A DNA stretch of 26,221 nt from an uncultured Gammaproteobacteria bacterium. GTDB lineage: Bacteria > Pseudomonadota > Gammaproteobacteria > UBA9214. The notes below the pieces were generated by a model. It searched no databases, was not told the DNA's origin, and saw only the letters and a program-made list of their open reading frames with translations. The translations under genes and the position numbers were made by a program. Within the stretch, counting starts at the first letter, position 1, and each line of letters begins with the position of its first letter. Shown here piece after piece: positions 18,529 through 26,221 of the stretch. Location of the stretch: contig CAVYZN010000012.1 in the NCBI GenBank assembly GCA_963773065.1, forward strand, positions 1-26,221. The letters run 5' to 3'.

Positions 18529-19266
18529 TTAAACCGCCTCGCGGATGGCCGGTGATTCGTCCAGGCGGCTGCTTGCACCCAGATGCTGCGCTTCCTGCAT
18601 CAGTGCATGGAGTCTGGGCTGGCGTTGCGAGATATGGGCGCTCAACTTTTTGTACCCGGCTTCGATGTTACCGGCGTATACCATCGGTCCGGCTTCATAA
18701 TAGCTGCCCCAGTTGTTGCCGCCGTCCGCCAGGCGTTTGGGGTCGGGGGTGGCAATTTGAACGGGTCTCAGTCCCAGACGCTGGAAGGCGTTGAACACGG
18801 GTTTGACGGCGGTAAACAACACCCAGCGGTAGCCTGCGGCCTGCAGGAGCACCGTCATCGCCGCAATGACCCAGCGCGCTTCGCCCATGCCGGTGAGGGC
18901 CAGATTACCCACTTCCACCACGTGACGGCGTTCGACGGTTTGATCGAGATGCGTGGTCATCACCTTTTCCACGGGCATGTCCAGGTACTGTTCGGAGAAC
19001 AGCGGTTGCGCCATGCCGTTGCGGTAACCGACGACACCGCGGATCTGGCCGCCGGTGGTAAAGGCGGTCAGGTTCGGATAGAACACGCGCAACTCCGCAC
19101 CGTAGGTTTGCTGGAAGGTGTGGTGAATAAAGCATTCCAGCGGTTTGCGTCCTGTGTCGTGCTGACCGCGGCAGTGGATCCTGACGGGGTCACGCAATTC
19201 AGTGAGCAGGGGCTGGACGCCCGCGACGATACAGGGGTTGTGTTCGAGTTCGGCTGTGATATTCAT
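18529..19266 (-). CDS. 'Thermostable hemolysin' family protein (GNAT-like putative acyltransferase)
   Basis: F..TYGA, LFSEQYLD, VVEVGNLA, WVLFTA, WGSYY..GP family motifs; no signal peptide. Alternative start 19293. Confidence 0.85.
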   Translation of the reverse strand: MNITAELEHNPCIVAGVQPLLTELRDPVRIHCRGQHDTGRKPLECFIHHTFQQTYGAELRVFYPNLTAFTTGGQIRGVVGYRNGMAQPLFSEQYLDMPVEKVMTTHLDQTVERRHVVEVGNLALTGMGEARWVIAAMTVLLQAAGYRWVLFTAVKPVFNAFQRLGLRPVQIATPDPKRLADGGNNWGSYYEAGPMVYAGNIEAGYKKLSAHISQRQPRLHALMQEAQHLGASSRLDESPAIREAV

Positions 19267-19316
19267 CCTGGCGCCTTTTAGTTGCTGCCTCATGAAAGGT
19301 CTGCTGCCAGGACTGT

Positions 19317-19333
19317 AGCCAGCTTCATGCCAA
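19317..19333 (-). promoter_or_regulatory. sigma54 (-24/-12) promoter
   Basis: Minus strand TTGGCATGAAGCTGGCT has exact GG-N10-GC spacing, directly upstream of the operon; a sigma54 activator is encoded nearby. Confidence 0.7.
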
Positions 19334-19390
19334 CTTTCTATTACATTGATAACTATGAATTAGTTAGGAAGAGGTGCAGCGATTCTCTGT

Positions 19391-19420
19391 TACAAAAGTT
19401 TGCAGTGCGCAAAAATTGTA
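19391..19420. promoter_or_regulatory. Candidate enhancer (UAS) for the sigma54 activator
   Basis: Imperfect dyad TACAAAAGTTTGC-AGTGC-GCAAAAATTGTA about 85-115 bp upstream of the predicted start. An IHF-like TATCAATGTAATA (19339-19351, minus) lies between it and the promoter. Confidence 0.45.
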
Positions 19421-19434
19421 CGAGGAATTCTGCA

Positions 19435-19947
19435 CTAGTTTGACTGCCCGGCGTCCCGGGCGGGTAGGCAAAGTTTCGCTAACGCCTCGCGTTGCGAGGG
19501 CGCTACGGGAATCGCCAGCACTTCCTTGACCCGTGCATCGAGACGACACGCGGCGATATAGCCAATGGCTCCCGGTGTCTTTGCAACGAACTGCACCACC
19601 GCCTCTTGTGAACTGAGGACATAGGGGGGCGCAACACCCTGGAAGTAACGCTGGTTCCAGTAGTCCTGAAGCTGTTGCGCGCTTTTGTTGAAGAGAGTTT
19701 CCGCCAGGCTCAGGCGCAGGGGATTTTCGGGGAGCAGATTGACGGGGACAAAAGGACGTCCGTTATCATCCATGAAAATCTTTTTCAGATAGATATCGCG
19801 CAACATAACCCGATTGATGGAAAAATCAGGAGCATCCGTGGCGACGATAATGATGATGATCTCGTCCCTTGCCGATGCCGGGTCATACCACATCAGGGCC
19901 AGCAAGACCATGGCGCATCTCGTCAGGTGGCGAGTGTGACCTGTCAT
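19435..19947 (-). CDS. Small exported periplasmic binding-like protein (PstS-like PBP2 half domain)
   Basis: Signal peptide; LRDIYL, YWNQRYFQGVAPP, VVQFVAKTPGAIGYI. Confidence 0.75.
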   Translation of the reverse strand: MTGHTRHLTRCAMVLLALMWYDPASARDEIIIIIVATDAPDFSINRVMLRDIYLKKIFMDDNGRPFVPVNLLPENPLRLSLAETLFNKSAQQLQDYWNQRYFQGVAPPYVLSSQEAVVQFVAKTPGAIGYIAACRLDARVKEVLAIPVAPSQREALAKLCLPARDAGQSN

Positions 19948-19951
19948 GGCA

Positions 19952-21040
19952 CTAGAAAAGGATCGCCAGCGAGCCTAGCCAGCCGCTGGGTGCCATGATC
20001 TCGTTGTGATGGCCGTCGCGATATTCGAATTTAACCGACACTGCCCTGTGCGGACGGTAGGCGATCCCCACGGTGTCGATGGTGGCGGTAGGCGAGATAG
20101 CGGGCGCCTGGTATTTTTCATACCGTCCTACAAGGTAAAAGTATCCGGGAAGAGGCAGTACTGCCTGAACGAAACCGCCGTGTTCATTCGGGTCTGTGGA
20201 GCCGAGGCTGTTGCGGTAAACCCATTCCCCGCTGAACTCCATGCGCTTGACTGTCCACAGGGCATCTGCACCAATCAGCTCCTGGGTGTCCTGCAAGTCA
20301 GACAGCTTGAAACGCACGTAGGAGACGCCGACCTGAACGGCATCGTCCATGAAGTGATAGGCAACCCGGCCGCCCGCCGCCCGCTTGAAGGCATTGTGGG
20401 GAGAGGTGCCCGATGTGTCGTCCTCGAAAGCGAGCTCATCTCTCTGTGTGGGGTCCAGAGGTCCGCTGTCATCGGCGTACAGGCTGTAATCCAGGCTGTT
20501 CCCGCCGACAGCGATGTCACCGTACAGCATCGCGCCGGTCGCATGCCGTGCAAAGGGCGCGGTCGTGGTGACCGGTCGGTCCGCAGTCCACATCAGCGGA
20601 TCGGCATGGATTACGTTCCAGCGTCCCACCGGGGTGAGGTATTTGCCGAAGCGTAAATTGATCGCATTTGTCGCCCGGTAGTCGGCATACAACCGCTCCA
20701 GATCGAGCTCCGTATGCCTGCCGGTGACGCCGTCGTGAGACAACTGCATGGCATCGCCGAGTTCTATTTCGGAGAACAGTTGCCAGCGTTTCGTGAGCGT
20801 TTTACTGACGAACAGGCTGATGTCCCGTGCCGTGAAATTCCAGTCCTTATTCTTCAGGTTGGAGTAGTAAAGGCTCAGGTAACCGCCGACGACGAGGTTT
20901 TGCTGCGGAAAGTTCAGGCCTTGCCCCAGGCTATAGGGATCGGGGTTCCAGATAGTGTTTTCGCCCGGGGCGGCGGCGGATGAAAAGCCGGCAATGAGCA
21001 GCAGGAATCCCAGTCCGGCGCCGGGTCTCGATAGGGACAT
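19952..21040 (-). CDS. Outer-membrane beta-barrel/porin-like protein
   Basis: Signal peptide, amphipathic strands (LERLYADY, NLRFGKYLTPVGRWN, VKFEYR) and C-terminal Phe. Alternative start 21085. Confidence 0.8.
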   Translation of the reverse strand: MSLSRPGAGLGFLLLIAGFSSAAAPGENTIWNPDPYSLGQGLNFPQQNLVVGGYLSLYYSNLKNKDWNFTARDISLFVSKTLTKRWQLFSEIELGDAMQLSHDGVTGRHTELDLERLYADYRATNAINLRFGKYLTPVGRWNVIHADPLMWTADRPVTTTAPFARHATGAMLYGDIAVGGNSLDYSLYADDSGPLDPTQRDELAFEDDTSGTSPHNAFKRAAGGRVAYHFMDDAVQVGVSYVRFKLSDLQDTQELIGADALWTVKRMEFSGEWVYRNSLGSTDPNEHGGFVQAVLPLPGYFYLVGRYEKYQAPAISPTATIDTVGIAYRPHRAVSVKFEYRDGHHNEIMAPSGWLGSLAILF

Positions 21041-21257
21041 TACTAGACCACCCTGCGCCGAGTCGGGGAGAATGGCGAGGCGCAACGATGCATGGGAACC
21101 TTATATGTAAGGAGTCGAGGTAAGCCGTCACTGATTTGCGGACCATTGCCGCAGATGAAGTCGCCCGAAAAATAGCAGGCTTTTGTTAAATAAGATAGCC
21201 CTGGTGTGCGATGACTACTGACTGCGTAGAATGACCGCAGGCGGAAACGGAAGGCGA

Positions 21258-23051
21258 ATGACAAGAGTGCCCGTGACGATTAACAAAGCCCTGCTGCGGG
21301 CCTTTTTCGCGCTGGTCTTCGGCGCCGTTGTTCTGCTGGGGGCGTTGTCTTTCTATCAGTTCCGCCAGACCCTGCAGGCGGAGATTGCCAACAATCTGCA
21401 ATTTGGCGCGAACGCGGTGATGCAACGCATCGATGCCTTCTTTTTCGAGCGGATGGAAAACATCCGTATCTGGCGTCGCCTGGAGGTGATGCAGGACATC
21501 CGGGTGAATGACGTCGACAAGCGTTTATCGGTCTTCCTTTCGGATTTGCAAAAGGGACACGGCCATGTCTATCACCTTCTGTTGTGTACGGACAGGGACG
21601 GCAAGGTAGTCGCGGCGAGCGATCCTGCGTGGATCGGACGCAGGAAGGTTCCCGGGGGTGTCTGGCAGAAGATACCAGGCGCCGGTCTTGACGAACCCGT
21701 CGTGCTGGAGCCGCTGCAGGTCGATGATGCGACGACGGTGGCCATGCGCACCACGGTACCCGATGCGTTTAGCAAGGGAGAGCTGGGTTATTTCTATGCC
21801 GTCATGGGTTGGGAGGAGGTATGGGATCTGCTGGATGATGCGGTGATGAACAGCGCGCGAGAAGCCTTGCTGCTCGATGCCGCGGGCAGAGTCATCGCCG
21901 CCTCTGCTGCATTGCGCCAGCGGCAGGGGATCGACGGACTCGACCTCAAGGGCTGGTACACGCACAGCCACGGCAAGAACCCCGAGATCCGTGACGGTGA
22001 CCTGCTCGGATACTCCGCGCTGCTGGTGGGCGGCGCCGCGTCGGGCGGATATCAACATTTCCCTGGCTTCGGCTGGCACCTGCTCATGGTGGTACCCACC
22101 ACGGTTGCCTTCGCTCCGATCTGGCATTTGCTGATCGCCATGGTGATTTTATTGTTGTTGACCCTGTTGGCGGCGGGATGGCTCTCGACGCGCCTGGCGG
22201 CGAGGATCGCCCGACCCATCATGGGATTAACAGAGTTAACGCGCCGGTATCGCAAAGGGGAACAAATCAAACCGGCGAACACGCCGGCGACACTGTCCGA
22301 GGTGGGTGAGCTGACCCGGGCGTATACCGATATGATCGGGGCGCTGGAACGCTCGCGTGTGCAGATCGTGCGCGCGGGAAAGCTGGCTGTGGTGGGCGAG
22401 ATGGCGGCGGTGATGGCCCACGAGGTGCGTACGCCGTTGGGGATTCTGCGTTCTTCCGCGCAGATGCTGGAACGGCAGCCTGATCTGGGTGAAAGGGAAC
22501 GCGAGCTGACAGGCTTCATCATCAGCGAAACCGATCGTCTAAATCGTCTGGTGAGCATGTTGCTGGAATGCGCCAGTCCCCGGGCTCCGGACTTCAAGCC
22601 TCATGATATTCATGCGGTCGCCGGTCATGTGCTCGACCTGCTGGCATCCCGGGCGGTAGGCAAGGGCGTGCAGTTGCAACGGGAACTGACGGCACAGCAT
22701 TCCATCCTGGTGTGCGATCGCGAGCAACTGATCCAGGTTTTCCTTAACCTGGTGATCAATGCCTTGCACTTCGTGCCAGCAGGGGGGCGCATCGTCATCG
22801 CCACGCGCAACGAACAGGGTTCGATCGTGGTCAGCGTCTCCGACGACGGTCCCGGCCTCCCCGCCGAACTGCGGCAGCGGGTATTCGATCCGTTCTTCAC
22901 GCGGCGCGAAGGCGGCATCGGCCTCGGCCTGACCATCGTGCAGCAGATCGTGCAGGTGCACCATGGTGAAATCCGGATGACGGAAAGTCCATGGGGCGGT
23001 GCCTGTTTCACTATCCGCTTCGACAGCTACGACGAGGGTAACGAGCACTGA
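21258..23051 (+). CDS. Sensor histidine kinase (large Cache-like periplasmic domain, HAMP, HisKA, HATPase)
   Basis: Two TM helices ~260 aa apart; MAHEVRTPL, QVFLNLVINA, DDGPG, FDPFFT, GIGLGL. Alternative start 21231. Confidence 0.93.
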   Translation: MTRVPVTINKALLRAFFALVFGAVVLLGALSFYQFRQTLQAEIANNLQFGANAVMQRIDAFFFERMENIRIWRRLEVMQDIRVNDVDKRLSVFLSDLQKGHGHVYHLLLCTDRDGKVVAASDPAWIGRRKVPGGVWQKIPGAGLDEPVVLEPLQVDDATTVAMRTTVPDAFSKGELGYFYAVMGWEEVWDLLDDAVMNSAREALLLDAAGRVIAASAALRQRQGIDGLDLKGWYTHSHGKNPEIRDGDLLGYSALLVGGAASGGYQHFPGFGWHLLMVVPTTVAFAPIWHLLIAMVILLLLTLLAAGWLSTRLAARIARPIMGLTELTRRYRKGEQIKPANTPATLSEVGELTRAYTDMIGALERSRVQIVRAGKLAVVGEMAAVMAHEVRTPLGILRSSAQMLERQPDLGERERELTGFIISETDRLNRLVSMLLECASPRAPDFKPHDIHAVAGHVLDLLASRAVGKGVQLQRELTAQHSILVCDREQLIQVFLNLVINALHFVPAGGRIVIATRNEQGSIVVSVSDDGPGLPAELRQRVFDPFFTRREGGIGLGLTIVQQIVQVHHGEIRMTESPWGGACFTIRFDSYDEGNEH

Positions 23052-24421
23052 TGGAAACACACAGGATTCTGGTGGTCGACGATGAAGTGAAGATGCGCCG
23101 CTTGCTGGAGATGGCCCTGAAGAACATGGGGCACGACGTGGTTCAGGCCGCCGACGGTGCGGAGGCCATGGCCTATTTCGATGAAGCGCCCTTCGACCTG
23201 GTGATGACCGACCTCAACATGCCGCGCATGGATGGCATGCAGCTACTGAGAAATTTGCGGGAGCGGGGCGAGGAGGTTCCGGTGATCGTACTGACCGCCT
23301 TCGGCACCATCGAAACGGCGGTGGAGGCCATGAAGCTGGGGGCCGCCGATTACATTATCCGGCCCTTCGAGATAAATACCGTGGAACTGGCGGTGACGCG
23401 TGCGCTTGCCACGGGGGCCATGCAGCGCGAGAACCGTTTCCTGCGCGATGAGGTCGAGCGGGGATGGGGCGAGTTCATCGGGCGCAGTCCGAAGATGCGC
23501 GAACTCTACGATCTCATCCGGCAGGTGGCGCCGGCGCGCAGCAGCGTGTTGATCGCTGGAGAAACCGGCACCGGCAAGGAACTGGTGGCACGCGCCATTC
23601 ACCAGGCCTCGGGGCGCGGTGGCCTGTTCGTGCCCATCAACTGCGCGGCCATCCCCGCCGACTTGCTGGAAAGCGAACTTTTTGGCCACCAGAAGGGCGC
23701 ATTCACCGGCGCCCATCGCGACCGCATGGGCAAATTCGAGCTGTCCAGCGGCGGAACGATGTTCCTCGACGAGGTCGCCGAAATGCCACTGGGTCTACAG
23801 GCCAAGCTGTTGAGGGTGTTGCAGGAAGAGACGGTGGAGCGGCTGGGCGCGCAGCGTGCCATCAGGGTCGATCTGCGTATCGTCGCGGCCACCAACCGCG
23901 ATCCACAGCTGGCAGTGGATGACGGCGCAATGCGCCAGGATCTGTTTTTCAGGTTGAACGTGGTGCGCGTTGACGTGCCACCCTTGCGGGAGCGGCGCGA
24001 GGACATTCAATTACTCGCCGGGCATTTCCTGCAAAAATACAGCAGCGAACTGGGTCGCCCGGTGCCGCGCCTGACCGAGGCGGTGACGCAGAGTCTGATG
24101 GCCTATTCGTGGCCGGGAAACGTCCGCGAACTGGAAAATCTCATGGAACGCGCCAGCGTGCTGTGCCGCGGCACGACGGTTGATCTGCAACTGGTCCCGG
24201 CGGATATGACCGCCGCTACTCTCGCCCCGCTTTCCGCCCCGGCGATCAGCAGCGCCGGAGAACCCGAATCGCTGGTGCTGGAAGACCGGGTCTCCGCATT
24301 GGAGAGACGCTTGATAACGGTGGCGCTGGAGCGCAGCGGCGACAGCAAGGCCGCGGCCTCGCGCCTGCTCGGGGTCAGCGAGCGCACCCTGTGGTACAAG
24401 ATCAAGAAATACGGCCTGTAG
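23051..24421 (+). CDS. sigma54-dependent response regulator (NtrC/AtoC family)
   Basis: Receiver domain (VVDDE, TDLNMP), GETGTGKE, ESELFGHQKGAFTGA, FLDEV, WPGNVREL, Fis-type HTH; TGATG coupling to the kinase. Confidence 0.96.
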   Translation: METHRILVVDDEVKMRRLLEMALKNMGHDVVQAADGAEAMAYFDEAPFDLVMTDLNMPRMDGMQLLRNLRERGEEVPVIVLTAFGTIETAVEAMKLGAADYIIRPFEINTVELAVTRALATGAMQRENRFLRDEVERGWGEFIGRSPKMRELYDLIRQVAPARSSVLIAGETGTGKELVARAIHQASGRGGLFVPINCAAIPADLLESELFGHQKGAFTGAHRDRMGKFELSSGGTMFLDEVAEMPLGLQAKLLRVLQEETVERLGAQRAIRVDLRIVAATNRDPQLAVDDGAMRQDLFFRLNVVRVDVPPLRERREDIQLLAGHFLQKYSSELGRPVPRLTEAVTQSLMAYSWPGNVRELENLMERASVLCRGTTVDLQLVPADMTAATLAPLSAPAISSAGEPESLVLEDRVSALERRLITVALERSGDSKAAASRLLGVSERTLWYKIKKYGL

Positions 24422-24466
24422 CGCGCCGAATCGGGATTGTGGCGGTCAGACTACCTGGCTGGCCCC

Positions 24467-24566
24467 TCACCGTCGCCCTTTCAGGCACAAGGCGAGAACT
24501 CCCCAGGTAAGAACGCGATCCTTCACCGCACACCCGCCGGATTTACGCCGCCTGCGCCTTGGCCAC
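24467..24566 (-). other. Remnant of a group II (class C-like) intron ribozyme 5' region
   Basis: Minus strand GCGTAAATCCGGCGGGTGTGCGGTGAAGGATCGCGTTCTTACCTGGGGAGTTCTCGCCTTGTGCCTGAAAGGGCGACGGTG resembles class C intron sequence upstream of the RT ORF as I recall it. No RT ORF or domain V is present. Confidence 0.55.
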
Positions 24567-24615
24567 TAGCCCAACTTGGCGGATTCGGCCTCGATTTTGA
24601 GGGTGTCACAAAGCG

Positions 24616-24705
24616 TTCTCGGGCCTGGTCAGACACCCAGGTGCCGGCTTCATCTGCCTTCAGGATAGTGATGATCTGTTCTTCGATAAATCGCTTTCAC
24701 TTCAT
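24616..24705 (-). pseudogene. IS3-family transposase OrfA N-terminal remnant
   Basis: MK*KRFIEEQIITILKADEAGTWVSDQARE compared with the consensus MKKxRFTEEQIIxILxEAEAGxxVxDLxR. Confidence 0.7.
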
Positions 24706-24740
24706 GTTGCGACCTCTCTCGGTCAGAGTCGGATGGAGAG

Positions 24741-24985
24741 TCATAATAAATCCCCCTTATCCTCCCCCACTGCTCCTCCCACACCAGCGGCGTCCCCGCC
24801 GCCAGGTCGAACAGCGTCACCTCCGGCGGCAGCGTCTCGTCCAGGATGGCGGCAACGATATCGGGTGCCAGCGTGGTCAGGTTGACCATGCGGCTCACGT
24901 AGCTGTCGTCGATCCCCTTCATGTACGGACAATCTCCTTCATGGACTTCGCCTCACCCGATTCCAACAGGGCCAGCCAGCGGTGC
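24741..24985 (-). pseudogene. 3' part of the small HTH protein that accompanies island serine recombinases
   Basis: HRWLALLESGEAKSMKEI / GIDDSYVSRMVNLTTLAPDIVAAILDETLPPEVTLFDLAAGTPLVWEEQ; 5'-truncated and frameshifted at ~24922. Confidence 0.7.
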
Positions 24986-25458
24986 CTGTGGCGATCTTCG
25001 TAGGTAATCGCATGGTCTAAGTTCGGCAAAAATCCGCTTCATATCCCTTACTCTGTCCATACACGGTTTATTACTTACTGATTAAATTGGTCGTTTGTAT
25101 TCAATTTTAGGGTCGACCGAATGTTTATTGACTAGATGGTTGGTGGATGATTACTGCTCAAGTACTCGTGGTAAGATAGCCAAACGTCGGTCCCTGCATA
25201 ATAAGTCGTGAACCAGTTAGAATATCGTCAATCACGGGGAACCCATATTTGTCGTTATTACGAGTTCACTAATGACAACGCACGTCCACAGAGACAGACG
25301 TCGTGGCAATCCCATATCATCCTTTAACGGTTGTTGATAACATCCATAGCCACGCCATGTTGTCGATTCAACCTTGTTTCATCAACACGCACTCGCACCC
25401 ATTGCGGCGGATCTTTGTTTAGCAGAACTTCCACCTATTTCTGCGCGGGTATATCTAT

Positions 25459-25680
25459 TTAACCACCGCACAAGCGCCGTCGGCTGCGACCACTCCTGCG
25501 GCAGCGAGAACCTCGTAATACGCGGTGCCCACACGGCTTCGGGTTACCGAGAACGAATGGATCGACACCGTCAGCTTTTAACAGGCCAGCTCGGAGTGGG
25601 TCTATGCCCGGCAGATCCGTCAGGCTCGGGCTTACGGCGGCAATCGCCTTCAAATCGGGCTGAGATCTGGATGATGTCAT
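25459..25680 (-). CDS. Hypothetical protein, possibly a fragment
   Basis: ATG lies 2 nt after the corrected helicase stop; no recognisable motif. Confidence 0.3.
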   Translation of the reverse strand: MTSSRSQPDLKAIAAVSPSLTDLPGIDPLRAGLLKADGVDPFVLGNPKPCGHRVLRGSRCRRSGRSRRRLCGG

Positions 25681-25682
25681 GA

Positions 25683-26221
25683 TCAGAACGGTCTACGCAG
25701 GACCTCGAAAACTGATTTGAACCGCACCTGCTGGCAGCCTGCGGCCAATGCTTGTGCGTATGCACCTGCCAACTGTGGACCGAATCGGTTTGGGTCGCAG
25801 TCCCAGAGGGGGTGGTGATTATCTCAGCCTGGCTACCACGGCGGCCTGCCTGCAATCCTCCGTATGTGACTTGATGCCAGCCAGGCAAGGCAGCAAAGTA
25901 TGGTCCAGCCGCCGTAGCGTCGAGACCCTGCCAATATGCAACTGAAAAGTCGATTGGCGCGTTGGGATCCAATGCCAAACGCGCAAGATCTAGCCCAAGG
26001 CGCCAGTCGAGGATACTGTGGTAGGGCAGGTTGCTAAAGTCACGCAGGCAATCAGGACATGAGGTTGTGCACGCGCTGGCTCCCGGGCCTGCATGCTGCT
26101 GGCCCACGAGAAAGCCATAAAAGGTAGGGTTCGACTGGCCGACCATATACTGCAGAAGTGCCTCAGTTTCAGCAGGCTCTCCTAGCAGGGAAGCATACCC
26201 AGCCCCGTTCTCCAGGCTGTC
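25683..26221 (-). CDS. C-terminus of a DUF1998 (MZB) SF2 helicase, DruE/DrmB/YprA-like; 5' part outside the window, 1-nt indel at ~25813
   Basis: DSLENGAGYA..CTTSCPDCLRDFSNLPYHSILDWRLGLD; after the shift HPLWD..SVFEVLRRPF*. Confidence 0.85.

Noticed and set aside
18529-19266. Virulence hemolysin toxin
   Set aside because: The family name is historical. The protein has no secretion signal and sits in an enzyme operon.
12067-21040. Canonical MtrAB/PioAB porin-cytochrome conduit
   Set aside because: There is no periplasmic decaheme MtrA, and the ~360-aa barrel is far smaller than MtrB.
25020-25031. AGTTCGGCAAAA also found at 6154-6165, a possible island-boundary repeat
   Set aside because: A single 12-bp match with no extension is too weak to call.

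Overview
GC-rich window, probably beta/gammaproteobacterial, that reads as a mosaic accessory region. From left to right: (1) a frameshifted ISL3-family element inserted into the 3' end of an opgG-ORF84-opgH periplasmic glucan operon. (2) A ~650-bp integration hotspot holding 3' fragments of tRNA-Pro(GGG), tRNA-Arg(ACG) and probably tmRNA, plus a tyrosine-integrase tail. (3) An SHP/DHC/cytochrome b operon with a QseBC/PmrAB-like two-component pair, bracketed by ~210-bp direct repeats. (4) A patchwork of MarC, FadL and ion-channel gene fragments. (5) An intact 12.4-kb locus, the best candidate for an undescribed system: a sigma54 promoter drives thermostable-hemolysin-family (GNAT-like) protein, AMP-ligase, heme-oxygenase-like diiron enzyme, secreted TPR protein, SDR and a 9-heme PKD lipoprotein cytochrome c. 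Next to it lie an outer-membrane barrel, a small periplasmic binding-like protein, a sensor kinase and a sigma54 activator. (6) Scars of a group II intron, IS3 and a recombinase-associated gene, then the 3' end of a DUF1998 helicase. Many single-base indels in the flanks may be sequencing errors. All family calls come from motif recognition, not database searches.
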